Origin: Candidatus Omnitrophota bacterium
Lineage (GTDB): Bacteria > Omnitrophota > Gorgyraeia > Gygaellales > Gygaellaceae
Reading direction: 5' to 3'
NCBI GenBank assembly: GCA_018400015.1
Contig: JAGYNB010000001.1
Location: 198,815 to 262,814 of the forward strand
Length of the DNA stretch: 64,000 bases
Made by a program: the position numbers and the translations under genes. This document shows, piece by piece, positions 10,865 through 21,883 of the stretch. The number at the start of each line of letters is the position of its first letter. Position 1 is the first letter of the stretch. The notes beneath the pieces were generated by a model. That model worked only from the letters and a program-made list of their open reading frames with translations. It did no database searches and had not been told where the DNA came from.

Positions 10865-12821
10865 GACACTGGTTATTGTAGAATCCCCTACCAAGGCAAA
10901 GACTATTCAGGGCATTTTGGGAAAAGACGTTAAGACTATACCGAGCATGGGCCACATTATTGACCTTCCACAAAAGCAAATTGGGATTGATATCGAAAAA
11001 GATTTTAAACCGACCTATACGGTTTTAAAAGGCAGGGCCAAGGTGTTACAACAAATAAAAAAAGCTGCCAAGACCGCTGATAAGATTTATTTGGCTACTG
11101 ACCCTGATAGAGAAGGAGAAGCCATAGGCTGGCACATAAAAGAAAAATTAAAACTGAAAAAGCAGTATTTTAGGGTTATTTTACATGAAATAACAAAGCC
11201 GAGTATAAAAGAGGCTTTTGCTAATCCTGAGGAATTAGATATCAATAAAGTAAAGGCACAGCAGGCGAGACGAATTTTAGACAGGCTTGTGGGATATTTT
11301 TTAAGTCCGTTTTTATGGCGAAAAATCGCAAGGGGTTTAAGCGCAGGAAGAGTTCAGTCCGTTGCTTTGCGTCTTATTGTAGAAAGAGAACGTAAAATTG
11401 CAGAATTTAAGCCAGAAGAGTATTGGCAGATAGAAGCACAATTAAACAAGAAAAAGTCTAAGGAAACATTTACTGCAAAGTTAAACAAAATAAATGGCGA
11501 GGATTATAAATTAAAAAACGAATCGCAAACTAATAAAATATTAGAAGACATAGAAAAGAATACTTTTAAGGTCGTTAGGGTAGTCAATAAGCAGAAAAAA
11601 CGTTATGCTCCGGCGCCGTTTATTACCAGCAGCCTCCAGCAAGAGGCATTCAATAAGCTTAGGTTTATTGCCAAAAGGACAATGATGATTGCCCAACAAC
11701 TTTATGAGGGAATCGAAATTGGGAAAGAAGCTCAGGCGGGTCTTATAACCTATATGAGAACAGATTCCACAAGAGTTTATCAACCTTTTATTGAACATGC
11801 TAGAGGTTTTATCGCTAACAATTTTGGCAAAGAATACGTTCCTGAAAAACCCAATTATTTTAAAGTGAAGAAATCTGCTCAGGGGGCGCATGAAGCAATC
11901 AGACCTACATCTTTAGAGAAAACACCTGAGTCCATAAAACAATTTTTAACCCAGGATCAGTTTAAACTGTATCAGCTTATCTATAATAGATTTTTAGCCA
12001 GCCAGATGAATCCTGCTAAGTTTAATGCTACAAGCGTTGCGATAAACGCAGGTCCTTATGAATTCAGCGCAAGCGGTCAGACTTTATTGTTTGATGGATT
12101 TTTAAAGCTTTATAAAGTTGACAGTGAAGAAAAAGAAGACGATGATAAAAGTAAGCTTCCAGAATTAAAGGAAGAGGAGATACTGGATCTTGATAAATTG
12201 ATTCCGCAGCAGAGCTTTACAAAACCTCCCGCCAGATTTTCCGAAAGCTCACTTATTAAAACTCTTGAAGAGCTAGGAGTAGGAAGACCTTCTACGTACG
12301 CACCGATTATCCAGACATTGGTGTTTCGTAACTATGTCCACAGACTTAAAGGTTACTTTGAGGCAACGCAGCTTGGAATAAAGGTAAGTGATATGTTAGT
12401 GGACAATTTTCCTAAGGTTATGGATGTTAAGTTTACCGCTAACCTTGAAGAAGAGCTTGATCAGGTAGAAGAAGGGACAATCGATTATATTAAAGTGCTT
12501 AATGATTTTTACAGGCCGTTTAAAGAAAACTTAGATTATGCAAAAGAGCACGTAAAGAAAGAAGTGATTACTGCTGATGAGAATTGCCCAGAGTGCGGCA
12601 GCGTGCTTGTGTATAAATGGGGCAGGCGCGGCCGTTTCTTGAGCTGTTCAAAATTTCCCACATGCAAATTTTCAAAGTCTATTACCACGAAAGTTAAATG
12701 TCCTTCTGAAGGTTGTGACGGAGAATTAGTCGAGAGGCGCTCTAGAAGAGGAGTTTTTTATGGATGCTCGAAATTCCCCAAATGTAGATACATTACGGAT
12801 AAACTTCCCCAAGTGGAGTGA
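10857..12821 (+). CDS. topA: DNA topoisomerase I
   Basis: 654-aa ORF with a TOPRIM domain, the active-site Tyr region and C-terminal Cys4 zinc ribbons. Confidence 0.95.
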   Translation: MSKTLVIVESPTKAKTIQGILGKDVKTIPSMGHIIDLPQKQIGIDIEKDFKPTYTVLKGRAKVLQQIKKAAKTADKIYLATDPDREGEAIGWHIKEKLKLKKQYFRVILHEITKPSIKEAFANPEELDINKVKAQQARRILDRLVGYFLSPFLWRKIARGLSAGRVQSVALRLIVERERKIAEFKPEEYWQIEAQLNKKKSKETFTAKLNKINGEDYKLKNESQTNKILEDIEKNTFKVVRVVNKQKKRYAPAPFITSSLQQEAFNKLRFIAKRTMMIAQQLYEGIEIGKEAQAGLITYMRTDSTRVYQPFIEHARGFIANNFGKEYVPEKPNYFKVKKSAQGAHEAIRPTSLEKTPESIKQFLTQDQFKLYQLIYNRFLASQMNPAKFNATSVAINAGPYEFSASGQTLLFDGFLKLYKVDSEEKEDDDKSKLPELKEEEILDLDKLIPQQSFTKPPARFSESSLIKTLEELGVGRPSTYAPIIQTLVFRNYVHRLKGYFEATQLGIKVSDMLVDNFPKVMDVKFTANLEEELDQVEEGTIDYIKVLNDFYRPFKENLDYAKEHVKKEVITADENCPECGSVLVYKWGRRGRFLSCSKFPTCKFSKSITTKVKCPSEGCDGELVERRSRRGVFYGCSKFPKCRYITDKLPQVE

Positions 12822-12825
12822 ATAA

Positions 12826-13686
12826 ATGCAGCGTTATCTTGAAAAATTCTTGAGATATCTTGAAATAGAGAAAAATTATTCTCCCCACACTCTGCTTAAT
12901 TATAGTATAGATCTTCGGGATTTTACAGCGCATACTGCTGAAACGCCTTTAGAAAAAGTAAATTATTTAGTATTGAGAAAATATCTTGCATACTTAAAAG
13001 AAAGAGGATTAAAAAACAGGTCTATTGCCAGAAAGCTTGCAAGTATTAGAAGTTTTTTTCGTTTTCTAACCAGAGAAGGCTATATTAAGGAAAATCCTAC
13101 ACTTGTACTTTCAAGTTTAAAAATGGATAAAAATCTGCCGCATTTTCTGACAGAAGAACAGATGAACGATCTTATTCAAGCACCGGATTTGAAAAGCAAG
13201 TTTGGTTTAAGGGATAAGGCTATAATAGAGTTATTGTATTCGACAGGTATGAGAATAAGCGAGATGACAGGGTTGGATGTTGATTCGGTAGATTTTATAT
13301 CTGGCGTAGTTAAGGTCGCCGGTAAAGGCAAAAAAGAACGTCTTGTCCCTGTAGGCGATAAAGCAATAGGGGCGTTAAGAGAATATCTTGATAAGCGTAA
13401 AAATCAGTCAAAGAAACTTTTCCTGAATAAGAATAACACGCCTTTAGGAGCAAGAGGGGTAAGGGTTGTTTTGGATAAGTATATACATCTAATGGCGTTA
13501 AAAGAGAAAATATCTCCTCATACCTTGAGGCATTCCTTCGCAACACATTTATTAAACAGAGGAGCTGATTTAAGAAGCGTTCAGGAATTATTAGGCCATG
13601 CAAATATAGCTACAACCCAAATCTATACACACCTTACAACTCAGCGTTTAAAGGAAATATACAACAAGGCGCATCCTCGGGCATAA
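12826..13686 (+). CDS. xerC: tyrosine recombinase XerC/XerD family
   Basis: The catalytic R...HxxR...Y signature is present (HTLRHSFATHLL...IYTHL). It lies in the housekeeping dprA-topA-xer synteny. Confidence 0.75.
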   Translation: MQRYLEKFLRYLEIEKNYSPHTLLNYSIDLRDFTAHTAETPLEKVNYLVLRKYLAYLKERGLKNRSIARKLASIRSFFRFLTREGYIKENPTLVLSSLKMDKNLPHFLTEEQMNDLIQAPDLKSKFGLRDKAIIELLYSTGMRISEMTGLDVDSVDFISGVVKVAGKGKKERLVPVGDKAIGALREYLDKRKNQSKKLFLNKNNTPLGARGVRVVLDKYIHLMALKEKISPHTLRHSFATHLLNRGADLRSVQELLGHANIATTQIYTHLTTQRLKEIYNKAHPRA

Positions 13687-13690
13687 ATAT

Positions 13691-14929
13691 ATGTTTATTT
13701 TATACGATTTTATTTTTCTGGCAGTTTTTATTTTTGGTTTAGCTTACTATTTTCTGAAGGCTAAATTCCATAAGGATATTTTATTGCGTGTATTTCTTGT
13801 GAAAACAAAGCCTTTGACTAAGCCAATATGGATACATGCTGTAAGCGTTGGTGAAGCCAAGCTTGCAAAGGCTTTATATATTTTAATAAAAGAGAAATTC
13901 ACGCAAAGACAGGTAGTGATTTCTACGGTAACTAAGACCGGCCATGAGATTGTACGTTCATTTATTAAAGGCGAAGACGAACTTATTTATTTCCCGTTAG
14001 ATTTTAGTTTTATTGTCAGAAGGTTTATCAGGAAGATTGATCCAAGTGTTTTTATCTCAATCGAGACTGAAATTTGGCCGAATCTTTTTTATTTTTTAAA
14101 ACGCAACAATACTGCCGTTGTTATTATTAACGGCAGGATTTCCCCGGCGTCATTTGCCAGATACAAGATTGTTGGGAGAATATTTAAACAAGTTTTGGAA
14201 AATGTGTCTTTGTTCTGTATGCAGAATCAGATCGATAAAGAGCGCATAATAGCCTTGGGTGCGGATAGAACAAAAGTAGAGAAAACCGGCAATATTAAGT
14301 TTGATATCGAACTAAAAGAAGAAAGTTATTCTAAAAGCGGTCTTGGTATAACTGAAAATGATTTGGTTTTTATTGCTGGAAGCACTCACCCTGGAGAAGA
14401 GCTTGTAATTTTCAACGTGTTTAAGCGCCTTAAAAAAGAAATACCCAGCTTAAGATTAGTTTTAGCCCCTAGGCATATCGAGCGTGTTGATACGATTGAA
14501 TCTTTATTAAGGAGCATGGATTTAAGTAGTATTCGTCTCTCAAGGGTTTCAAATGAAACAAAACAGGATTTGGTCATTGTGGATATCATGGGTGAGTTGG
14601 CACAGATTTACGCTGCAGGAGATGTTGTATTTATCGGCGGTAGCCTTATTAAAAAAGGGGGTCAGAATATTCTAGAGCCTGCGTTCTTCGCAAAGCCAAT
14701 TATATTTGGTCCCTATATGTTTAATTTTAGTTACATTAGCGAACTTTTTATTAAGGAGAATGCAGCAAAGATGATTTTTGATCAAAAACAACTTTATGAA
14801 GCCGTAAAAGAACTATTGTTAGATAAAGAAAAAAGCAATGCTCTTGGTAAAAAAGCCAAAGAGATAGTTAACAGTAATAAAGGCGCACTGAGAAATACAT
14901 TTTTAAAGATTGAAGGTTTTTTAAAATGA
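13691..14929 (+). CDS. waaA: 3-deoxy-D-manno-octulosonic acid (Kdo) transferase
   Basis: 412-aa ORF with a GT30 KdtA N-terminal region (HAVSVGE) and a C-terminal GT-B domain. Confidence 0.85.
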   Translation: MFILYDFIFLAVFIFGLAYYFLKAKFHKDILLRVFLVKTKPLTKPIWIHAVSVGEAKLAKALYILIKEKFTQRQVVISTVTKTGHEIVRSFIKGEDELIYFPLDFSFIVRRFIRKIDPSVFISIETEIWPNLFYFLKRNNTAVVIINGRISPASFARYKIVGRIFKQVLENVSLFCMQNQIDKERIIALGADRTKVEKTGNIKFDIELKEESYSKSGLGITENDLVFIAGSTHPGEELVIFNVFKRLKKEIPSLRLVLAPRHIERVDTIESLLRSMDLSSIRLSRVSNETKQDLVIVDIMGELAQIYAAGDVVFIGGSLIKKGGQNILEPAFFAKPIIFGPYMFNFSYISELFIKENAAKMIFDQKQLYEAVKELLLDKEKSNALGKKAKEIVNSNKGALRNTFLKIEGFLK

Positions 14930-15978
14930 AAAAATATCTTTACCTTTTGGCAACAGAAAAGATTGATGGTTTCCCCGCTAACATTATCAAAGTAATAATG
15001 TTTATTGTTTCGTTTTTTTACCAGTTCGGGATCTATATAATCAAAAGTCTTTATAAGTATAAAATTATAAGACAGGATAAAGTAAAAGCCAAGGTTATAA
15101 GTGTTGGTAATTTAACTTTAGGAGGGACGGGAAAAACACCGCTGGAGGAGATTGTTGCGGATTATTTGCTGTTAAAAGGCAAGAATGTAGTAATCTTGAC
15201 TAGGGGTTACAAGGCGATAGATTCAAGTAGCGATGAGGCAATGGTTCTTAAGAACAATCTGGGAATTATTATTATCGAGGGAAGAGATAGGGTTATTGCT
15301 GCAAAAAAAGCAATCAGTAAGTATAATTGTGATACAATCTTACTTGATGATGCGTTTCAGCACTGGAGGTTGTTTCGCGATTTAGATATCATTACTATTG
15401 ATTCCACTAATCCTTTTGGTAACGGGTTTACTATTCCCAGGGGTATATTACGCGAACCAATAAAAGCCCTTGAGCGTTCAGATTTGGTTGTTTTTACAAA
15501 AACCGACAGGTGCAAAGATATTAACGCATTAGAAAATCAGATATCCGCAATAAATAATAAAGTCGCTTTTGTCTACACTAAACATCAGGGTTTGGATTTT
15601 ATAAACATTGTTAATGATAACAGGTTGCATTATCTAGATTTTCCTGATAACGAAGATATATGTGTTGTTTGTGGTATTGCAGATCCGGAATATTTTCAGC
15701 ATACACTTAAGAGTATGGGGTTTAGATTGGGTTTAAGTTTTGTTTTTTCAGACCACCATCATTATACTAAAGAGGACATCTTTAAGATTATAGAAAAGTG
15801 TAAAGATAAAAAAATAAAAAGAATTGTTTTTACTCAGAAAGATGCTGTAAAGCTGTCATTTCTGAAGAAATTTTCTAAGGATATAAATATAGAATTATGG
15901 TTTTTAAGAATCAAGATGAAACTTATCAAAAACGAAGATGTGTTTTTTAAAAAACTGGATAGCTTATATATTGGTTAA
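14926..15978 (+). CDS. lpxK: tetraacyldisaccharide 4'-kinase
   Basis: A P-loop VGNLTLGGTGKTP and the LpxK fold are present. The gene overlaps waaA by 4 nt. Confidence 0.85.
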   Translation: MKKYLYLLATEKIDGFPANIIKVIMFIVSFFYQFGIYIIKSLYKYKIIRQDKVKAKVISVGNLTLGGTGKTPLEEIVADYLLLKGKNVVILTRGYKAIDSSSDEAMVLKNNLGIIIIEGRDRVIAAKKAISKYNCDTILLDDAFQHWRLFRDLDIITIDSTNPFGNGFTIPRGILREPIKALERSDLVVFTKTDRCKDINALENQISAINNKVAFVYTKHQGLDFINIVNDNRLHYLDFPDNEDICVVCGIADPEYFQHTLKSMGFRLGLSFVFSDHHHYTKEDIFKIIEKCKDKKIKRIVFTQKDAVKLSFLKKFSKDINIELWFLRIKMKLIKNEDVFFKKLDSLYIG

Positions 15979-17872
15979 GGTACTTTCGGTAATATTTTGT
16001 CTTATGAGCGCAGAATTTGCGCTTTTGGTCGCAAGAACAATTGCCAGGATAGTTTATCCTTTTAGCTTTAAATACAAGACTATTGCCTACGGTAATATTA
16101 GGAAGGCATTTGTAGGTATCAAATCTCAACGAGAAATGAGAGTTATACTTAAAAAATCATTTATAAACCTAATACAGGATGTTGTTGAATGCCTTAGGTT
16201 TCCAAGGCTCGATTCAAATTATATAAAAAAGTACATCAGGTTAGAGGGGATTGAAGATATCGATAAGGCTTTGGAAGAAAAACATGGAGTAATATTGGTA
16301 GGCAGTCATTTTGGCAGCTGGGAAATGGCTAATGTTGTTTTCTCGTTATTAGGTTATGACCACAATGTTTTTGCGAAAGAACAAAAAAAGTTCAATAAGC
16401 TTTTTTTATATCTTAACGAACTAAGAAAAAGCAAGGGCACCAAGGTATTTTTGAATTCAAATGCTCTTTTAGGGATTGCTCGCGCGCTTAAGCATAATAA
16501 GGTTGTGGCCATGGTAGCTGACCATGGCGGTAAAGGTGCAACGACAGTGCCATTTTTTAATATTCCTACACCTACGCCGTCAGGCGCAGTAAGGCTTGCT
16601 TTAAGATTTGGTTCCCCTGTTCTTTTAGGCAGTATAACTAGGATTAACGGCCCTTATCATTTATTGAAGTTGGAACCCGTATCTATAAAAAAGTTAGATT
16701 CTTTAGATGAGAGCCTAAAAGTTAACTTAACCAGAATAAATTCTAAGCTAGAGGAGTTGATAATTAGCAGCCCTCAAGATAATCTGTGGCGTTACAGAAG
16801 ATGGAAGTACTCGCCATTTAAAAAAGTTTTGATTTTAAGCGATGCAAAGCAGGGGCATTTAAATCAATCCAAGGCTGTTTTGGATATGATAAAAGCTGAG
16901 CATACAAGCATATCTTCAAATATTATTGAAGTAAAGTTTAAAAGTAATATTTTAAGATTATTAGCAAGGACCGCCTCTTTATTTATATGTAATTATAGTA
17001 TAGGTTCGTTGGGGATTCTCAAATTAGCTCTTAGAAAAGAGTCATTTGAGGCTTTATTAAGTTCGCAGGCAGATATTATTATTTCTGCGGGGAGCTCTTT
17101 GGCTGCTGTAAATCTTTATTTAAAAAGAGAGAACCAGGCTAAATCCATATGTTTGATGAATCCGGGGTTCTTAAGAAGATCTTTATTTGATTTGATCATA
17201 GTCCCGGTGCATGATCGCTTGCTTCATAAAACCAATACCGTTCTAACAGATGCGGCTGTTAATCGTATTAGCGAAGGTTATCTTGTTGAAAAAGGCGCTA
17301 AATTGCAAAAAGCCTTAAAAGAAAATAGTATTAATTTAAAAACGCAAGTCCTGGGAGTATTTTTTGGAGGGGACAGTAAATCGTTTAAGTATGAAAAACA
17401 TGATCTTGTTGGTTTTTGCCAGCAGATAAACCAATTTTTAGAAAATAGTGGATTTGACATGCTTTTTACTACTTCCCGGAGAACATCTTCGTGGCAGGAG
17501 GAAGTTTTTGAAGAGCAATTAAAAGGTCATGCCAAATTCATGATTGTTGCCAATAAACATAATCTTGAATATGCGTTCGGGGGAATTCTGGCAGCAAGTC
17601 GTATCGTTTTGGTAAGTGCCGAGAGCATTTCTATGGTCTCAGAAGCAGTATCAAGTCTCAAGAAAGTAGTGGTTTTTCTCCCAAGTGTTTTGCGTTTAAG
17701 AAATCGCCACCAGACTTTTCTGGATAATCTTATAAATAAGGGTTTAGTTATAGTTGCCGATGAGAATAATCTTAACAGTGTTTTAAATTCTGTTTTATCC
17801 AAAGATTATATGAGCTTGCAAATTAATGACCGCGATGTTATTACAAATGCTTTAAGGAAAAAGATTTTATGA
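15938..17872 (+). CDS. lipid A biosynthesis LpxL/HtrB-family acyltransferase fused to a C-terminal ELM1/DUF1022-like GT-B-fold domain
   Basis: The N-terminal ~300 aa resemble lauroyl/myristoyl acyltransferases. A further ~340-aa C-terminal domain of unknown function follows. The true start may be the internal Met near 16004. Confidence 0.6.
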   Translation: MCFLKNWIAYILVKVLSVIFCLMSAEFALLVARTIARIVYPFSFKYKTIAYGNIRKAFVGIKSQREMRVILKKSFINLIQDVVECLRFPRLDSNYIKKYIRLEGIEDIDKALEEKHGVILVGSHFGSWEMANVVFSLLGYDHNVFAKEQKKFNKLFLYLNELRKSKGTKVFLNSNALLGIARALKHNKVVAMVADHGGKGATTVPFFNIPTPTPSGAVRLALRFGSPVLLGSITRINGPYHLLKLEPVSIKKLDSLDESLKVNLTRINSKLEELIISSPQDNLWRYRRWKYSPFKKVLILSDAKQGHLNQSKAVLDMIKAEHTSISSNIIEVKFKSNILRLLARTASLFICNYSIGSLGILKLALRKESFEALLSSQADIIISAGSSLAAVNLYLKRENQAKSICLMNPGFLRRSLFDLIIVPVHDRLLHKTNTVLTDAAVNRISEGYLVEKGAKLQKALKENSINLKTQVLGVFFGGDSKSFKYEKHDLVGFCQQINQFLENSGFDMLFTTSRRTSSWQEEVFEEQLKGHAKFMIVANKHNLEYAFGGILAASRIVLVSAESISMVSEAVSSLKKVVVFLPSVLRLRNRHQTFLDNLINKGLVIVADENNLNSVLNSVLSKDYMSLQINDRDVITNALRKKIL

Positions 17873-19962
17873 ATATACTGCAGATTTTACCACAGCTTAA
17901 TGTAGGCGGGGTAGAGACCGGGGTGGTTGATTTATCTCGCCTTCTTGTCGAAGACGGCCACAAGGTTATTGTTGTTTCTTCAGGAGGGATGTTAGTTAAT
18001 GATTTAGAGAATATTGGGGTAAAACATTATACATTGGAAGTACACAAGAAAAATCCTTTCATAGCCATAAAGACAATACCGGAATTAGTTAAGATTGTAA
18101 AAGAAGAGCAGGTAGAGGTTATTCATGGCCGTTCCAGAGTGCCGGCCTGGATTGGTTTTCTTGTATCGTTCAAAACGGGTATTAGTTTTATTACTACATG
18201 TCATGGTTATTATTCCAAACATTTTTTCAGTAGAGTTATGGCGTTGGGTAAATATATAATCTGTCCCAGCAATATTATTGCGCGGCATATGGTAGAAGAT
18301 TTTTCTGTCAAAAGAGATAATATAGTCATAATCCCCAGAGGAGTTGATATCTCAAAATATTCTTTTTGCAGGCCCGACGAAAAAAATAAGCAGGAATTTA
18401 CTATAGGCATTATTGGAAGACTTACTCCATTAAAAGGGCATGTATATTTTTTAAATGCCGCAGCTAAACTGCACAGAATCATTCCTAATTTGCGCATTTG
18501 GATAGTGGGCGACGCAGCTAAGAATAAGCAAGATTACAAACAGGATTTAAAAACTCTTTGTAAAAAGCTGGGCATAGCCGAACGAGTGGATTTTTTAGGG
18601 CACCAAAAGGATATTGCCTCGATTCTTTCTAAAATGAATGTTTTGGTATTGTCTACTATTACTGAAGAGGCTTTCGGAAGGGTGATAATTGAGTCGCAGG
18701 CAGCAGGGGTACCGGTTGTTGCTACCAGGGTTGGAGGCGTTATCGATATAATAAAAGATAACGAAACAGGTATTTTGGTTAATCCTGCGGATTCAGAAGC
18801 GATCAAGGATGCGGTAATAAGGCTTTATAATGATGCCAGTCTTGCTAATAACTTTGCTTTAAATGCAAGGAGTCATGTTGAAAAAAACTTTAACCTGGAG
18901 AATATGTATCAAAAGACTCTTTCGGTTTATAAGAAAACCGTAGTCAAAAAAAGAATTCTTGTTATTAAGTTAACCGCCCTGGGGGATGTTATTTTAGCTG
19001 TACCGAGTCTGCGCGCTATCAGGAAAAAGTTTAAAAACCATACAATTACATGTCTGGTAAATAAGAATTTTAGTTCTCTTTTGTGGGACTGTCCTTATAT
19101 AGATGAATTGATTGTTGACGACAGGGATATTCAGCATAAGGGTTTTATTGGTCTGTTGCGTTTGGCTAAAAAGATTATTTATTACAGATTCGATATATCA
19201 GTTGATTTACAGAATAATAAGCGCAGCCATTTACTTGCTTTTTTAGGGCTTATTCCGAAAAGGTACGGATTTTTTATAAAGAAGAAATTAAGTTTTCTTG
19301 TCAATCATTTGGCACGTCTGCCTCAGCAGGCAGAACATCCTGTCAGGCATCAGTTGAATATATTGAGGCTTTTGAATATAGAAGAGATTGACGATTCTCT
19401 GGAATTATGGGTAAATAAAGATGCAAGGTTATTTGTTGATAAGTTCTTAGAAGAGAATTGGTTGACCCCAGAGCAAAAATTTATAGGCATAAATATTGGC
19501 GCTAGTGTTCGCTGGAAGTCAAAATGTTGGCCGGTTGATCATATTGTCAGGCTTTGCGACATGGTTAAGAATCGTAATTTAAGAGTTGTGTTTACGGGTA
19601 CTAAGTCAGAGCTTAATATAGCTAAGGAGATATCTGAGAATTTAAAGGATTTCAAGCCGATTATTGCCTGCGGTCAGACTAATTTAGCGCAGCTTATTGC
19701 TCTTATTGCCAGGTGTAGTGTTTTTGTCAGCGCAGACTCTGCTCCTATCCATATTGCTTCTAGTTTGAATGTTCCTTTTGTTGCTCTTTTTGGGCCGACT
19801 GATCCTTCAAAACATCTGCACCCTAAGGGTCAATACAGGCTTTTGAGAAAAGATTTACCGTGCAGCCCATGTTATAGATCAAAATGCAATAAGAATATAT
19901 GTATGCAAAATATATCGCCTAAAGAGGTTTTTGATGCAATTGAGGAGCTATTGAATTCATGA
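17869..19962 (+). CDS. bifunctional glycosyltransferase: N-terminal GT4 (WaaG-like) fused to C-terminal GT9 heptosyltransferase-like domain
   Basis: The 697-aa ORF carries a GT4 EX7E-type region (ITEEAFGRVIIESQAAGVPVVAT). The C-terminal half has GT9 hallmarks (VIKLTALGDV, FGPTDP). Confidence 0.7.
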   Translation: MNILQILPQLNVGGVETGVVDLSRLLVEDGHKVIVVSSGGMLVNDLENIGVKHYTLEVHKKNPFIAIKTIPELVKIVKEEQVEVIHGRSRVPAWIGFLVSFKTGISFITTCHGYYSKHFFSRVMALGKYIICPSNIIARHMVEDFSVKRDNIVIIPRGVDISKYSFCRPDEKNKQEFTIGIIGRLTPLKGHVYFLNAAAKLHRIIPNLRIWIVGDAAKNKQDYKQDLKTLCKKLGIAERVDFLGHQKDIASILSKMNVLVLSTITEEAFGRVIIESQAAGVPVVATRVGGVIDIIKDNETGILVNPADSEAIKDAVIRLYNDASLANNFALNARSHVEKNFNLENMYQKTLSVYKKTVVKKRILVIKLTALGDVILAVPSLRAIRKKFKNHTITCLVNKNFSSLLWDCPYIDELIVDDRDIQHKGFIGLLRLAKKIIYYRFDISVDLQNNKRSHLLAFLGLIPKRYGFFIKKKLSFLVNHLARLPQQAEHPVRHQLNILRLLNIEEIDDSLELWVNKDARLFVDKFLEENWLTPEQKFIGINIGASVRWKSKCWPVDHIVRLCDMVKNRNLRVVFTGTKSELNIAKEISENLKDFKPIIACGQTNLAQLIALIARCSVFVSADSAPIHIASSLNVPFVALFGPTDPSKHLHPKGQYRLLRKDLPCSPCYRSKCNKNICMQNISPKEVFDAIEELLNS

Positions 19963-21065
19963 AGGTACTTTTAGTGACAAAACATCTGAACATCGGAGGT
20001 ATATCAAATTACGTTGTTAACCTTGCAAAAGGGTTAAAAGATAATAGTATTAATGTTTTTGTTGCTTCCGGACCAGGGGTGTTAAAAGCCGAACTTGATC
20101 GGTACGATATTAAACATTATGAGGTTAATTTTAATACGAAGAACGAATTCAATCCGCTGCTATTGAGGCAGTATTTACAGTTAGATAGGATAATTAAAGA
20201 AAATAAAATAGATTTAATCCATGCTCAGGAGCGCGTTACACAAGTGTTATCCGGCACAGTTGCAAAACGCAATAATATTAGTTGTGTTTCTACATGTCAT
20301 GGTGTTTATAAGGTGAGGTTTTTGCGTAAGGTTTTTCCTTTTTTTGGCGATACGGTAATCGCAGTAAGCGGTTATTGCCAAAATCTTATTTTGGACAATT
20401 TTCATATAGAAAAAGAAAGAGTAAGGCATATCAATAACGGTATAGATTTAAGCAGATTCAACCAACTGGGTTTTGATAAAGATGCATTAAGGGCCCGTTA
20501 TGGCTTAAAAAATACTGATCTTGTAATTGGCAACATTGCACGTTTTTCCCCCGATAAGGGTTTGGATTTATTGTTAGAAGTATTTGAACGCGTGCATGAT
20601 TTTATTCCCGAAGCAAAGCTTATTATTGCCGGCGGCGGTCCGCAGGAAGAGTATTTACGGTTAAAGGCAAAATCTTTGGGGGTGTCCGATGAGGTAAAGT
20701 TTTTGGGGTTTGTAAATGATACTCGCGAGGCGCTTTCTGTTATGGATGTTTTTTGCACTACAACTAAATATGAATCTTTCGGTTTGTCGGTCTTAGAGGC
20801 TATGGCTTCAATGGTTCCAGTGGTTGTTTCTTGTGTTGGAGGATTAAAAGAGCTTATCCAGGATTCTATTAACGGTTATTGCGTTAAGTGTGGTGATATG
20901 GCTTGTTTTGCTGATAAAATAATAGAGCTTTTAGGTAACAAGGAGTTGCGGTCTAAAATGGCAGAACAGGCAAGAAAATTCTGTTTTGAAAACTACGGTA
21001 TAAATAAAACCGTGTCGAATACATTAGAAGTTTATAATCGGGTTTTAACAAAAAGAATAAAATGA
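19959..21065 (+). CDS. glycosyltransferase family 4 (group 1)
   Basis: 368-aa ORF with a GT-B fold and a GT4 C-terminal motif (ESFGLSVLEAMASMVPVV). Confidence 0.8.
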   Translation: MKVLLVTKHLNIGGISNYVVNLAKGLKDNSINVFVASGPGVLKAELDRYDIKHYEVNFNTKNEFNPLLLRQYLQLDRIIKENKIDLIHAQERVTQVLSGTVAKRNNISCVSTCHGVYKVRFLRKVFPFFGDTVIAVSGYCQNLILDNFHIEKERVRHINNGIDLSRFNQLGFDKDALRARYGLKNTDLVIGNIARFSPDKGLDLLLEVFERVHDFIPEAKLIIAGGGPQEEYLRLKAKSLGVSDEVKFLGFVNDTREALSVMDVFCTTTKYESFGLSVLEAMASMVPVVVSCVGGLKELIQDSINGYCVKCGDMACFADKIIELLGNKELRSKMAEQARKFCFENYGINKTVSNTLEVYNRVLTKRIK

Positions 21066-21883
21066 TAAAAATTACAAAAAGAAGATTTTTATTTATATTT
21101 TTGGCAGTAGTTATTTTTATTACAGCAAGTTTACTGTTAAAACAAGAATATGTAGTGCCGATATTTATGTATCATTCTGTCAGGGAGGATAATCCAGAAG
21201 GGTCAAAACTTATCGTTAGCCCCAAGGCATTTGAGGCGCAGATGAGGTTTTTGGTTAAGAACTCCTATAATGTTATCAGTCTAACTCGACTTGCCAAGAT
21301 CATAAAAGAGAAAAAAAAGATCCCTGCAAAGACAGTAGTAATTACTTTTGATGATGGATACAGGGATAATTTTCTTAATGCTAAGCCGATTCTGGAGAAA
21401 TACCGAATGCCGGCAACAATATTTATTGCTGTTGATCTTATCGATACAAAGGTGGAAAAAAGCGAATATTTTGTGGATAATTCCCAATTTATGTCTATGG
21501 ATGAGCTTAAAAGCCTGATAAATAGTGAATTTATCGATTTAGGAATTCACACTTTTAGTCATGAGGATTTGGTAAAGCTTCAACAGCAGAATGATTTGAT
21601 TTATCAAATAAGTGATGCCAGAAAATTCTTAGAAGAAGAGCTTAATTGTAGGATAGATTCGTTTAGTTATCCTTTTGGTTCGTTTGATAAAAGAATCCGT
21701 AGTATTGTTGTGCAGTCAGGTTACAGCGTAGCCGTAGCAACTAATCCGGGAAAGGATTATCCCAAAGACGATCTGTTTGCTTTAAAAAGAATACGGATAA
21801 GCGATAAAGACAGTAATCCTTTTGTCTTGTGGGTAAAAGCAAGCGGGTTTTATACACTTTTAAAAGAGCTCAGAGATGACTAA
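21062..21883 (+). CDS. polysaccharide deacetylase (NodB-fold, CE4)
   Basis: An ITFDDGYRDN motif and an N-terminal TM anchor are present. Confidence 0.75.
   Translation: MIKITKRRFLFIFLAVVIFITASLLLKQEYVVPIFMYHSVREDNPEGSKLIVSPKAFEAQMRFLVKNSYNVISLTRLAKIIKEKKKIPAKTVVITFDDGYRDNFLNAKPILEKYRMPATIFIAVDLIDTKVEKSEYFVDNSQFMSMDELKSLINSEFIDLGIHTFSHEDLVKLQQQNDLIYQISDARKFLEEELNCRIDSFSYPFGSFDKRIRSIVVQSGYSVAVATNPGKDYPKDDLFALKRIRISDKDSNPFVLWVKASGFYTLLKELRDD

Noticed and set aside
12826-13686. Tyrosine recombinase as a prophage or island integrase
   Set aside because: It sits in the conserved dprA-topA-xer housekeeping synteny and has the XerC/D architecture. No phage genes or att repeats are nearby.
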